The position numbers were made by a program, and so were the translations under genes. This document shows positions 1 to 12,619 of a stretch of 64,000 nt of DNA, one piece after another. The notes below the pieces were generated by a model. It had not been told where the DNA came from and made no database searches. It was given only the letters and a program-made list of their open reading frames with translations. Source of the DNA: Octopus vulgaris. Lineage: Eukaryota. The stretch lies in assembly GCA_951406725.2 (NCBI GenBank), contig OX597814.1, positions 45,260,001 to 45,324,000 of the forward strand, in the 5' to 3' direction. Numbering within the stretch: position 1 is the stretch's first letter; every line of letters begins with the position of its first letter.

Positions 1-779
1 GATAAACCCTATTAATCAAAGTTTATCAACACACTATATTATAGGTATCAGAACCAACTGAATTTATATACCTTAAAGTTTTTTGAAAATAATAAGAGAT
101 TTAGTCTTTCAATTCACATAAAGACGACTTAGTGACTATTACTTTTGTTCGTATTGTTGTTGCTCTTGTTGTCATCGTCGTCGTCGTCGATTCACAGATA
201 AGCACTAATGGAGAAAACGTATAACCAAATGCTTTCCAGCAGTTACTATCTCGTTTTCTTGTATATCAAACGATCGCGTAATAGATACCACGTTGCCCTT
301 ATCGAGCAAACCTATGAACAAAGACGTTTCAGCTGTAACAATTCCTTCATTTATTCAAACTTAGGCTAATTAAGAGAACGGTGTATAGGTTTTTCTTTTA
401 GCACATGCTAATTTGATGTATATCTGGTGATGTTTCTAGTTGGTCGAGAAACCACACAGTTTACCTCGTTGACTCAATAGTAGACTTAGAAGTTTAAAAA
501 TTCTTGTATATTTTGATTGTTATGGTTGCATATTTACTTTAAAGAATGCAACACGTATGTCTTATCAGTACTCGGATCTCAAATTCTCATTTAATACTTA
601 CGCATATTGCCGTTGTTGCTGTTGTGGCAGCTGCTACTGTTTTTAGTTTATCTCGAGAAGATTTCTGAAAGTGCATACATATGATTGTGATCAAATGCAT
701 TCCAGCTGGGTTTCTACTCGCATCTTTAGTTGTTATACTTTACTCGTTGGTTTTGGAAGAAGGAGTAGTGCCCATGACT

Positions 780-1850
780 TTTATAGGCCATACCCCCAAA
801 ACCGTTGAGCTGAGGGTCATTAATTTTCTTCTTGAAGTCATTTCATGAGGGAAAGATATATGCCGGGAAAGCATTAAAGAAGGCCGGCGTTCTGTTCTGG
901 TAATGAAAGACTAGGCGAAGTGATTAGTGTGAGGACTGAATGTTGAACACAGATGATAGGAGGAGAGACGATTGGGATGGAAGAACTTGAGTAAAGACAG
1001 CAAAAGACCAGCCAGCTCTGAGAAGTACAGCCGGACCATCAGAGTATCAGTAGAAATGGCAGAGAGAGGAGACAGCATGCCGGCGAACCAGAGGTTAGAG
1101 TTTCTGTGAATAATTTTATATCAGTCAGTGACAAAACTCTCTTTAGAATGCAGTATAGAGTGTCTGTGCGTTGGAGAATGAATTATTTTCTAGCTCTAAA
1201 GAGAAGGGTATTTCACTAGAATGCGATCTTATGTTAATGATGTGCTTTCACCAAGACAGATACTCGGTGATAATGAGATCCAACAACTAGAGAAAATTTG
1301 AGTGTTCTAGCTGAGTGTTGCTCGTGATTACAGAGTGAGGTGAAATGATACTTTTTTTTATCCAAACACGATATATGCTTTCTTGCTATCAAAAAAGACA
1401 AAGTCTGATGCTTTCGAGGTTGGTCTCTGTTTATAGAGTTTACGTGTGTTTAGCATGTGGTTATTAGGTTTAGAATGGAGTTTACATGTTTGAAGAATAT
1501 TAGGAATGAAGGAAGAGCAGTGTTATTTGCGTAGGAGTAGGTGTTGCTGAATGTGGCGGCAAGTAAGCCGTTGATGTACAGAAGGAAAAAAGTGGTGAGG
1601 GATTAAACTCGAACCCTAGGGCACCCTGAAACTGATAGGAAGACAGAAAGAGCCCAGTCAACTTACGCGGCCACAGTGCACTCCAACAGAAAGTTACCCA
1701 GCCATGAGATGAGAGAGGGTTGAGCTCTTAGGCGGGAAGTTCCCATAAGATTTTCACATGCGAAACACGAATGAAAACTTTGCTGATATCGAAGGCTACA
1801 GTATGACCTTCACCAAATTCCTTCATGGCAATAGTCTAGTGGTAAGCAAC
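780..1850 (-). mobile_element. Decayed non-LTR retrotransposon (Jockey/CR1/I-like) reverse transcriptase fragment
   Basis: Minus-strand translation across stops and frameshifts gives KEFGEGHTVAFDISKVFIRVSH (cf. ALDISKAFDRVWH) and TTFFLLYINGLLAATFSNTYSYANNT (cf. PTLFLLYINDL...YADDT). Confidence 0.7.
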
Positions 1851-3329
1851 AGAGAAGAGTTGGTCAGTAGCGGAGCAGGCTTTAAGGAAACTTTACTGAT
1901 GGTTATTAAAGGGGAGAGAAAGATTAAAGTTATGAAAGGACATTGTTGTAAATATTTGATTCCATTACCTTAAGGATATCGGAGAAGTTTCCTTTCTTGA
2001 GGATGGGATACTATATTTATGATTATTCCATCTTTTTTTTTCTCAGGTATTCCATGTCCTAGATAACTTTATCCAATGCCTTTCCTTTTTCATGGTGATA
2101 GAGCGTGATTTGGAGGAGATTTTGTTACAGGTTCCCCCATTGGTAATGTGATCAATTTAACTAAAACCTTTTCATCTAAAAGGGCATACATGTTAAGATA
2201 ATATAAATTAGGAGTTTCTAAAATGTTGTCCATGATACCACGATAGCGGCTCGAAACAATATACGTAAGCGTGAATAGATGGATTACGTGACACCCAAAC
2301 GTTTCCTGTTTTCTTCAGAAATAGTCGAAGTTGATAATTGGGATTGATTTCTGTTAAGATTCCTTTGTAATTGCCTAATTCTTGATAAGGTTTTTTCTAG
2401 TTATGATATAAGTGAAGGGGATTTCTTCTATAGTCCTGTTTAAATAAAACAGCTACGAAATTTCTCTCAAATATCACTCAACCGTGTAAAAAACATACAT
2501 GGGCATATTGAATAATATAGTTCGGTGGGGGCGCAAGATGGAGTGGTCATTGTAGGAATGTCTTTAATTGTAAGTTTATCAGTCAACCGATCAAGTTACT
2601 AAAGAACAAAAGCTGTGTGGATTTCTGACTTGGTGGAATAAGAAAGTTGCTATTACCATATTTTCCATTACATGATGTAATTAATAATCTTTCATCAGTT
2701 TTAGTCTGTTTACAATAAAATTTTATTAAATACTTTCATTAATATCATGGCAGCGGCTCGTTGCAATAGAAACAATATACGTAAGCATGGATATATGGAT
2801 TACGTATCTATTTATTGCAATACATAGTAAGTGTGCTTTAATGTATGTATATAGTTACATATGTATACAAGAATGTATGTATGTATAAAACTAAAGTCCA
2901 TGTGTAACATCCGCAGATTTCTCATTAATTTGGTAAAAGCGTTTTATTTTTATTTTTATTTTTTATCTCTAACATGTTAACGTCAAGAGGATAATTAATT
3001 TCTTCTTTAGCTTCCTTCCTGCTCCGAATCATTATGTCTGGTTTGTTGAGCTTACATTTTATAGAGCTTTTGACAGGAATACTCCACCAGTACCAGTATT
3101 TTTTATATTATAAGCGAGTATACTCTCTACAAAACTAAATCCTTATACTTTGACCTTCAGGATTATCTTGTTTACTGATTGCATTGTACATTGTTTTGGA
3201 CACAATATAAAGGCCTCATAAGTAAACAGTATTGTAGTATCTTCAGACAGCTGCCGATAATGTGGCTTATATGTTCGGTGATAATTCTAAAGAATGTGCA
3301 TCAGTTGTCACATCAAGGTGCTTTACTTA

Positions 3330-4614
3330 CGAGGGTGGACCGAAAAGTACATAGCCTGACTATACAGGAGTGATGCTAGAGCTGTGAAATCTTGCATGCA
3401 TTAATTTCATCCTCCTTTTATTAATAACTATATTGTTCCTTCTCAAGTAAATTGACATCTGACTACTCAAAGAACACTTCAAAAATAACTAGTTGCGACT
3501 TTTCTTGAAAATGGATAAAATTTGCCATCGTGGTATTATCATGTACCTGCAGAAAAATGGTTATCCACGATGGACAGTTGTGTCGACATAGTTACTAAAT
3601 TATCGACAGTTCAAAAGTGCCTTATCGACAGTTCAAAAGTGAACATCTGAATTTAAGAGGGAAAGGGAGTGTTTTGGTAATGACCCAACGTCTGGACGTC
3701 CTGCAACTGCCAACACTGAGAGAAACGTTGATTATGTTCACTACATGATGATGGAATACAGGCGATTGACTATAAACCAGATAGCTAATCTTATTGGTAT
3801 ATCCCGTGAGAGATTTGAGAATATTCTGCACAATGAACTTGGTATGACGATGTTTTCTGCTCGGCGACTGTCACGTTTTCTGACACCTCATTAAAAACGT
3901 ATCAAGCTGATCCCATCACGAGAAAATCTAATATTGTTTGAGGTAAATCCAGCTGGTTTCCTTGAATGTTTCCTAAGCCAGGATGAGTGATGGGATCGTC
4001 ATTTTGGGCCAGAGACAGAGATAATCATTGCAGTGGAAACACACTCCTCACCTGCTCCAAAGAAGGTCAAGGTTGTTTCATCAGCAATGAAGATGATGGC
4101 CTCAGTTTTTAGGGTGCAAAAAGCATTAAGTTTATTGACTGTCTTCGAAAGGACCACACCATCAATGGAGAGTACTATGTGAAATTGTTGAGGCTGTTAC
4201 GAAAGGCTATCAAAACCAGACGTCCAAGAAAACTGACGAAAGGCATTTTATTTCTTCAGGACAGTGCTCCAGCACACAAGTCCTCGTTTTGAATGGCTGC
4301 TGTGCGTGACAGTGACCGAATTTGTTGATCAGCCTCCCTATTCTCCTGATCTGGCCCCAGCTGGCTATCAAAATTTCCACAATATGAAAATACATTTGGA
4401 TGGGAACCAGTATGGCAGTGATGATAACGTTACATCTGCTGTTGATGACTTGTTTTACCAACAATATGAAAACTTCTTCGCCAATGGAATACAAGCACTG
4501 CACCACCGATGGAAGGAGTGCGTGGACTGCAAGGGAAACTGTTAAAAATTAAACCTCACTTAGTCATATTCCATGAGTATCTTTGTCAGCTATAAACTTT
4601 TCAGTCGACCTTCG
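3330..4614 (+). mobile_element. mariner DNA transposon (Himar1/irritans-like), full length, defective
   Basis: Imperfect ~30-bp TIRs: CGAGGGTGGACCGAAAAGTACATAGCCTGAC at left and the reverse complement CGAAGGTCGACTGAAAAGTTTATAGCTGAC at right. TA on both sides (3328-3329, 4615-4616). Length ~1.29 kb is typical of mariner. Confidence 0.92.
3511..4545 (+). pseudogene. mariner transposase pseudogene
   Basis: MDKICHRGIIMYLQKNG...SGRPATA...SQDE*W...APKKVKVVSSAMKMMASVF...QDSAPAH...PPYSPDLAPAGY (third catalytic D replaced by G)...RWKECVDCKGNC. Contains stops, frameshifts and a 20-bp internal tandem duplication (TTATCGACAGTTCAAAAGTG x2, ~3600-3641). Confidence 0.9.
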
Positions 4615-4793
4615 TACATACCCTTTCGTTTTGTACCGCAGTTATTTTGTTGTTTCTTGTTCCAGGAATTCAAAACCAAAGTCTTTGATTTAAGAGTTAA
4701 TATAAGGGTTGTATATGGCCACGGGCATATGGCGTAGTGTTAAAGAACGCGGGCTACTAACCCCAAGATTCCGACTTCGATTCCATGCAGTGA

Positions 4794-4960
<167 letters not shown>

Positions 4961-5570
4961 GGGCTACAGCAAATATTCTGCTCAATACCACAGATTTGCT
5001 TGTCAGTCGTTTGACTTTTGTCTTGGTATAAAAGATGGGCTACAGCAAATATTCTGCTCAATACCACAGATTTGCTTGTCAGTTGTTTGACTTTTGTATT
5101 GGTATAAAAGATGGGCTACAGCAAATATTCTGCTCAATACCACAGATTTGCTTGTCAGTTGTTTGACTTTAACCAGTTGAGCATGTCCCTTAGTGGCTGA
5201 CGATATGTGCATCTCTGATCATGAGCAGAAGTAGTGGGGGAGCATCATAGCCATGTGTTGAGAGGGATTCTTTGGGGTTTGAATAATTCACCTCTGGAAA
5301 CATGGGTGGTTCTTTCAACATCCTTAAACAACCCTTATCCAGGGACTGTTTGAGAGGGATGGGCTACTCAACCTGAAGAAAATTCTAACTGGGCCCCACC
5401 TGCAAGGTCATGTGCTGTTTATCTTGATATGAGATCACCATGTCGCGCACATATGGTTGTGATGCATGTGCCTGGTATACCCTTATCAGACGGGTAGTCA
5501 TGATGGGTATATTGGGCTTCGTATATTTTACCCCAGTGTCACGTTGATGGCATGAACTGCTCTCTCACTC
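4961..5570 (-). mobile_element. ~610-bp non-coding interspersed element inserted into an (AAT)n tract, with a 76-bp unit triplicated at one end
   Basis: Bounded by (AAT)n on both sides. The unit GGGCTACAGCAAATATTCTGCTCAATACC... starts at 4961, 5037 and 5113 (period 76; third copy partial). Strand is a guess. Confidence 0.6.
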
Positions 5571-5648
<78 letters not shown>

Positions 5649-5688
5649 TACAACATCGAAAAATACCTTAAGTTCGAAATTTCCCCAA

Positions 5689-5734
5689 GACACCTGATGA
5701 AGACTGGAGGGTATATCAGCCGAAATGTCGTGTT
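5689..5734 (+). ncRNA. Minimal type I hammerhead ribozyme (one probable CpG-decay change in stem III)
   Basis: Stem I GACAC/GTGTT; core CTGATGA 5694-5700; stem II GACTGG/TCAGCC (one mismatch); GAAA 5722-5725; TG in place of CG in stem III; GTC cleavage triplet 5727-5729. Confidence 0.75.
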
Positions 5735-5792
5735 AACAACAAACATGATGAGGACAAATACCCGTCAAATGTAAATAATGTATAAGGGTTGT

Positions 5793-6480
5793 TAGTCCAA
5801 GATAGAGTACTTTGGTTGTCTACGTTACTGGTACTCTGAAACTTTCTTACAATTTAACCATACGTGACATGCAGGAGAATTTTATCGGATGTTGTTATGG
5901 TAGAGCTGTGGAACTTTCCCGGTAGCCGATCAGGGAATAATTACTTAACAGCTTCTTTGCCTCTTTTATCCCATTTTCCTCTTTTTTTTCTTTTGTAGAT
6001 TTGGTCCCTGGATTCTATTCGATGAATGATATTTGGTAAATGTTATTCAAGAGATATGAAGCGACATTCAAAGCTTGTTTGAATCTATATTAATCCTGTA
6101 TTACTTTGTGTTCGTTTGGGGCAATAGGAGGTCAATATATTGCCCAAAATATTAATGAGGAAATTTCTCGAGACAGTTAATAGTTTTGGTGTTTTAAGAT
6201 CAATGGTCCGAATCTCATTTCACTACTGAGTAATCCAGATTTTAGAACCACTGCTGGTTTGAAACACACGTTGTGAGTCACTAATTTATTGCATGCAGGC
6301 TCTGAGAGCCAAATCATTTTATCTGAGTTTTATATTCCCTGGCTAATCGTTACTTTATACGATATACGTTCATTCAACCCAGGTTGCGGGTAGCATTCAT
6401 TGCTGAAGTGTTTTTTTTTATACCTGTTTAAGGTCAATTTACATTCAGGTGTTCTCTTTTTAGTATCTCCATATGTTTTC
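5793..6480 (-). mobile_element. Highly decayed Penelope-like element remnant (RT linker/GIY-YIG region)
   Basis: Minus-strand fragments KFSCMSRMVK (cf. PLE SYSCMPNM) and ISYKVTIS (cf. VYKATV). Similar sequence appears to continue at 4620-4700 and 3100-3327. Confidence 0.4.
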
Positions 6481-7549
6481 ATTCATTTTGAATTTTTGTT
6501 TGTGAGAATTAAAACATTTGAGAATACATTTCGGCTGCATAAAATTTTAGCGCGCCACCTTTGAATGTGCTAATTATTGTGATTTCGGCCAAAGTCAATG
6601 TTAGATAGATGTAGAAGACCAGCCTTACTGCGAGATAACATAGTAACAATCGCAATCAGGTCTGTTGTCACACGTGGTGTTGACATGTATATTCTAGGAA
6701 TATGTTCGTTTGCTGTTATTTGTTCACCGTTCATATTTTGGGGGATAAGATTATAATCATCAACCGTCATTTTGCCTTCAACAAATGTTGCTCATTGACA
6801 CGGGAACTTATTCATTGACTTTACAATAAACAATCCAACATTAATGCTACAATATACCAACCGTGTAAAATAACTAATTATTCTTCTGATCACATTCATT
6901 ACCGTGACCGTTTGTTCACGATCGTCGTGCTATATTCATCTTGTTCATTATCTTATTGATATTCATTAGATTTCCGTAAAATTATTCATTTCTGAGTAAC
7001 TCCCGTCCCAATGTATTTTCATTTTGTTCATATAACCAACAGATATATGAACAAATTTTATAGAAATTAGGTAAGATATTTTTAGTTCATAACTCCAACA
7101 AAAATGTACTTTGTAATTTCGGTTTCAATTAAAATTCTGTTCTTTGGCAGCGGTTCTTTTTGTTGTTTTTTTTCTTTTGTGTTATTACTGATATTGTCGT
7201 GTCTAGCAATGTTGCTTGAAACGGATCTCTATATCACTATAATCTTGAATTAAAGGTAACTTCTATGAATTTGATCAGAAGAATACGTAATTATTACACA
7301 AAACCTATAATTGTAGAATTAATACTGGATGAATAGTTTCCCACGTCAAATGTACCTCAGTTCACGACGTGTTTCTATGTATACATGTACGTATGTATGT
7401 ATACATGTACGTATGTATGCATACATTGATGTATGTATCGATGCATGCATGCATGTATATGTATGTATGTATTATTTAATAACAATTTGATTCGGTTCCA
7501 TGCAGCTTAAAGTTTAGCTTGACGATCCAACGGAACTTATAATTGCATG

Positions 7550-7900
7550 GAGGCGAATCAAACTGTAATTTCGTTTGTTCCTACCTCTCAAGGGTTGTGG
7601 TCTACAAAGCCACCCTTGCACCATCCGATGGCATCACAAGGCACTACACGGGATACAGACAACTCCATCTTTTTCTATCGCTTTATCTGGAGACTTCGGA
7701 ACTTCTTAAATGACTCATCCAACATCTAATGGACCATCATTGACAGCGAATCATCTTACTCATACGGTGCCTACGATTACCAGCTCCAACTCCACGAAAA
7801 ACTGCATATTCTCCACCAACCAGTTGTATCCATCAACAGAAAAATGAGCTGTCATATTGTTGACACAACAGGTGCGCCTTTCTAGTTTGCTTCAAGCCAT
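7550..7900 (+). mobile_element. Decayed Penelope-like GIY-YIG endonuclease C-terminal remnant
   Basis: VVYKATLAPSDGITRHYTG...FIWRLRN...I*WTIIDSESSYSYGAYDYQLQLHEKLHIL matches the PLE pattern VYKAT..YIG..YIW.L..I.W.I...CLxEK..IL. A decayed HHR-like CTGACGA...GAAAC lies downstream at ~8994-9021. Confidence 0.6.
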
Positions 7901-8169
7901 TGTCCGCTGACAACCCAGATAGCCAACTTTCGGACTAGCTGCCCTACAAGCAAGGGAGGGTAGCTAACATCCGCTGCACGTACAGACCACAGACTGACTT
8001 TCTAGCCTTATGTATTTTCTGTAATCTTCCATGATTGCCTTTTTATATGTATGTGTATGTATATATGCTTCCCTTTCTTCCCTAGCACCAGCAAATCTTA
8101 GCCCAATATTAAATCTGGTTACCCCAATCAATGCCGCTGATTCCACCGTGTGTCACCAAGCTCAACATA

Positions 8170-8765
8170 CTAGTACATCAGCCCACACACAACGTTATAC
8201 TTAAATCCCACGTGTGCACACACTAGACGTGCTCGCGAACACACAAATACTAGAGGTATACATATACACAAACCAGGTATAAACTTACGCCCCTTCATGA
8301 AGATATGCAGGCACACACTCTTACATACACATATAAATATAGAAATGCGCATATTCACGCATATCAGACACATTCATATGTACACACACTTATATATGCA
8401 TCCCAAAAAACGTACGCACATATACACACATACGGCAAATACTCACGTGCACGTGTATGCACACATGAACACACACACACACACAAACACACACACAAAC
8501 CAGCACGTACGCACACATACGCAGAAACAGCAGACACTAACATACGTATACGAGCACACACGCTCACGCACACAGCTGGTACACATGCACACGTACGCAC
8601 GCGCCAGATACATGCACCAAAGCACACACGTAGTGCACACTAATGAGCTGATACTGTCAAATCACACGGACATGCACACACGCACACGCACGCATACATC
8701 AGATACATACCCATACGCACCAGATACGCTTACTCACGCACTCAAGCACATAAACGCGCACACAG
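8170..8765. repeat. Degenerate CA/ACAC-rich low-complexity tract
   Basis: Read directly; explains the His/Thr-rich pseudo-ORFs. Confidence 0.85.
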
Positions 8766-10009
8766 GTAGCTGGTATTGCTAAAGATTCTTATCCCACTTT
8801 CTTGACAGCTAGGTGCCACCAACAACCTATCAAACCACGCGGTCCGAGAAATATAGAATGAGGTTTCTATTTGATGTTGCTGATATTTCAATACCAATAT
8901 CAATAACACCAGGTGACCCGCCTTCACCGATAGCGGCCCAATTTTAAGTAACCATCTTAAACTCACTCCATCTGTCCATTCTGTCGCCGAAGCCTGACGA
9001 GCTGGGTTCGCATGATGAAACTACAACGCTTTAAATTACATGGAGCCGAATCAGACTCTTATTAAATATTAATACATGTGACTTCTCTTTTTTTCATTTG
9101 TCCACTCATTCGTGTATATATGTATATACATACTTTATTTGTGGTTACCCCACGAACAAAGAATATTTATCCATCAATGCGGTGTGAGCACTCATTCTTA
9201 CTGTTCGATATTAACGTAGAAAGCACGTGTGTTTACATGCGAATAAAAAACTTGTTTCTATTTGCACATTACTAATTTGTCATTGAAATATTTTGAACTA
9301 CAGATTTATCTTATTATCTTGCTAAATGTTATTATTTGGTTTTTTATTGTTTTAGTATTTTTGTCTTGTTCCTTTTCTTCTTCTGAATATTCAGACATAT
9401 CGAAGTTACTGCCTTAGTACACTAAATATATAGTACCAAACTTTATAAATATTTGTGAAGAATTTATTCTAAATAACATCAAGTGCATCATATGCATTCA
9501 CACTCAGCTTATTTTTGTTTATCTTAATCAGTTTATTATATTATCTAAAGACGTTGAAACATCTTACTTCGTTCATTCTCAAACCCGAGGACAATATCTA
9601 TTATATTATGTCGCATTTAATGGAAGTTATTGCTGTTTGAGATATTTCAAAAGAACTAGTTGTTTATTAACATTTAGATAGCCTTATTATAATGAAGCTA
9701 CCTATGAAATATAATTATATATCGTAATGTAAGTCTATATAGATATTCCTACATACTAATGTAAATATATCTGTATATGCAATCGAAACACTGTCACTAC
9801 CACCACCCTATCATCACTTATTATAACTTTCCAAAATATCTCACGTCTCATACTTCCACTTAACCACCTCTGAAGAAATGGAATAGAAAGAGAGCCGTTT
9901 TCTAACAGACAAATGTATATATTGCCTGCCTCCTGTATCGCTGCCTAACAATATTTTCTCTCATATAAAGTATATATATATAAATATATGCGTATAGATA
10001 GATAAATGT

Positions 10010-10061
<52 letters not shown>

Positions 10062-10082
10062 TTATGTATTTATATATAATAT

Positions 10083-10159
<77 letters not shown>

Positions 10160-11104
10160 ATGTCAACTGAAGGGAAACGTTTCTGTTAGTATGATTAAAT
10201 ATATAAATGTCTGAAATGAGCTCTTGTTCATAAAATTATATTTGCATACGTAGATGCATTTATTAAAAATGAATTTCATTTGTAAAATGAGATTAACAGT
10301 CTGAAAAATTTGATATTAGTTAGATATTAGTAATTTGATATTAGTTAGATATTAGTAATATGGTGTCTTTACAGTTAAGTGCGGTTTATAGCAGTGCGGA
10401 AAACTTATATAAACTGAATGACAAGGTAACAAAAATATCAATAAATATTTGAATAGCATAACAGACTATTTGAAATGTGTTGTTTGCTTAGGTTTTAACC
10501 CTTTTCTTATATTTCAGTTGAAGTACACTTTGTTTCAATTAATTATAAAAATGATAAAGAATTTAATAAAATCAGTATGTCCTTAAGTTAATGCTTGAAA
10601 TATAAATTGGAATTTTGATAGAATGTTTTAATTTAAACCACTTTGAAACAGGAAGTTTGTATCATAGAACAAAGGAAGGTATCACATGGGTTGGTATCTA
10701 AAGAGTTTGACCATACTAACTGTTGTGTGGACGCCCCCAGACGATGAAGTAGGTTAGTCCAATACATAGATATAGAGGGAGCAGTCTAGACGTCAAAGTT
10801 GAGCAGGTCATCCGAACTTGCGATATAACAGTGGCGACGAGGATTTCGTAGCTCACACAGCCACTGTGTAGTATTGCGAAATAACACTAACTAAAGAAGG
10901 AACAGAGACTGGACCTTTTTGCTGAATAAGTTGGTATTGTTCAGTTAAAATCTATATCAGACATGTTTGCATAGACAATTCGAGGAAAGAGTACATATGT
11001 TTCCATACCTCCAGCTCACTCCAGCAGTTCAAGGTGTATTTTATGGGCTTCCCGATGGCTTAATGCTTTCTTGCTTTTTCCCGTTAATAGATATGTTGAT
11101 GTAA

Positions 11105-11317
11105 GGCGGCGATCTGGTAAAATCGTTAGCGCGCCGGCGAACTGCTAAGCGGCATTTCGTCCGTCTTTACGTTTTGAGTTCATATTCCGCTGGGGTTGAC
11201 TTTACCTTTCATCTTTTCAGAGTCGATAAATTGAGTACCAGTTGAGTACTGAGGTCGATATAATCGACGTACTTCTCCCCTGAAATTGCTGACCTGGTGC
11301 CAAAATTTGAAACCAAT
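11105..11317 (+). mobile_element. tRNA-derived SINE, family A (Meta-domain-like central motif)
   Basis: GGCGGCGA head, B-box-like GAGTTCATATTCC, central CTTTCATCTTTTCAGAGTCGATAAATTGAGTACC. Several similar copies occur in the window. Confidence 0.8.
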
Positions 11318-12072
11318 ATATCTATAGATGTGTTTCTTTTACATCTTAGGCTGTGTTGAAATATTGCAACGAACAGTATGATTTGGAATAAATGCTCTGA
11401 GATCCTGTGATGAAGTTGTCATTTACTGTATCCAATCTACCTTGTTCCGAATGTGCAACTAGCTTTCTAAACAACTTTGGTTTACAAACATTTGAAGCAA
11501 ACGTTACCGAGTGGATCACTCTCTGATTGGACAGCATCTAAAGAAGCATGTCGTATTTTGTTGTTGTGGCAGATATTGTCTGAGAATGTAATCTTGCCTT
11601 GTTATTCTAAGATGAAAATCTGACTTCTTTATACAATAACTTAAACGGTTTTCAATCATTTCTCCATAGTCTGACAGATCGACATAGATCCGGTCTCTTA
11701 TTTTTCTTTGTTATACACTTCAGATATTTTTTTATATCACGTTATTTAGCACATAACAATTTCTCACACTGCTACAGACCTCATTTATCTTCCAAGACGC
11801 CATAGCCACAATTTAACCATGTTGTTTGAGATATACCAATGTATTAAATAATGATTTACTCATGCCGTCAACAACTATGGTAAATTGATAGTAAATTTAT
11901 CTATAGTACCTTAAAATGCAGTGAAAATGGAAATAGAACGTCATTAAAATATATAATATTACGTTTATTTTTAAGTACGGATATTAACATATTGTTATAC
12001 ACTTTGAATTGAATAACGTGGGAAACTCGTAGTCTTTTAAGTGCTTTTATCAAATTCTCCCCAATACCTAGT

Positions 12073-12074
<2 letters not shown>

Positions 12075-12152
<78 letters not shown>

Positions 12153-12429
12153 GCAATTCCATAAAAGCTTTTCCCATTTTCTTCACTGAAAAATAAGAAA
12201 CTTATAACATGTTGCATTCATACATACAGACAGACATCAGACATACACACAAACACGTATACACATTCTCCCCCCCCCCCATACACACACACATATACAT
12301 ACATTCATAATACATACATACATGCATACATACATACATGCATACATACATGCATACATGCATGCATACATACATACATACATAAATACATACATACATA
12401 CACACATAAATACATACATGCATACATGC

Positions 12430-12460
<31 letters not shown>

Positions 12461-12566
12461 CATACATACATACATACATACATACATACATGCATGCATG
12501 CATGCATGCATGCATACATACATACATACATACATACATACATACATACATACATACATACATACA

Positions 12567-12600
<34 letters not shown>

Positions 12601-12612
12601 CATACATACATA
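12075..12612. repeat. (CA)n and (TACA)n microsatellite cluster
   Basis: Read directly. Confidence 0.95.
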
Positions 12613-12619
12613 TGCAGTG

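Noticed and set aside
2296-2322. Minus-strand CTGAAGA...GAAACGTT (similar words near 9868, 10166 and 49650)
   Set aside because: Stem II and/or stem I are missing; cannot be distinguished from chance.
2233-2805. Diverged ~60-bp direct repeat (2233-2289 vs 2745-2805)
   Set aside because: Old local duplication or repeat fragments with no further structure.
4961-5170. 76-bp periodic repeat as a CRISPR-like array
   Set aside because: Units are identical along their whole length with no unique spacers, and the context is eukaryotic.
6570-6770. 66-aa non-repetitive minus-strand ORF as a host exon
   Set aside because: No recognisable domain or supported splice pattern, and it lies next to retroelement relics.
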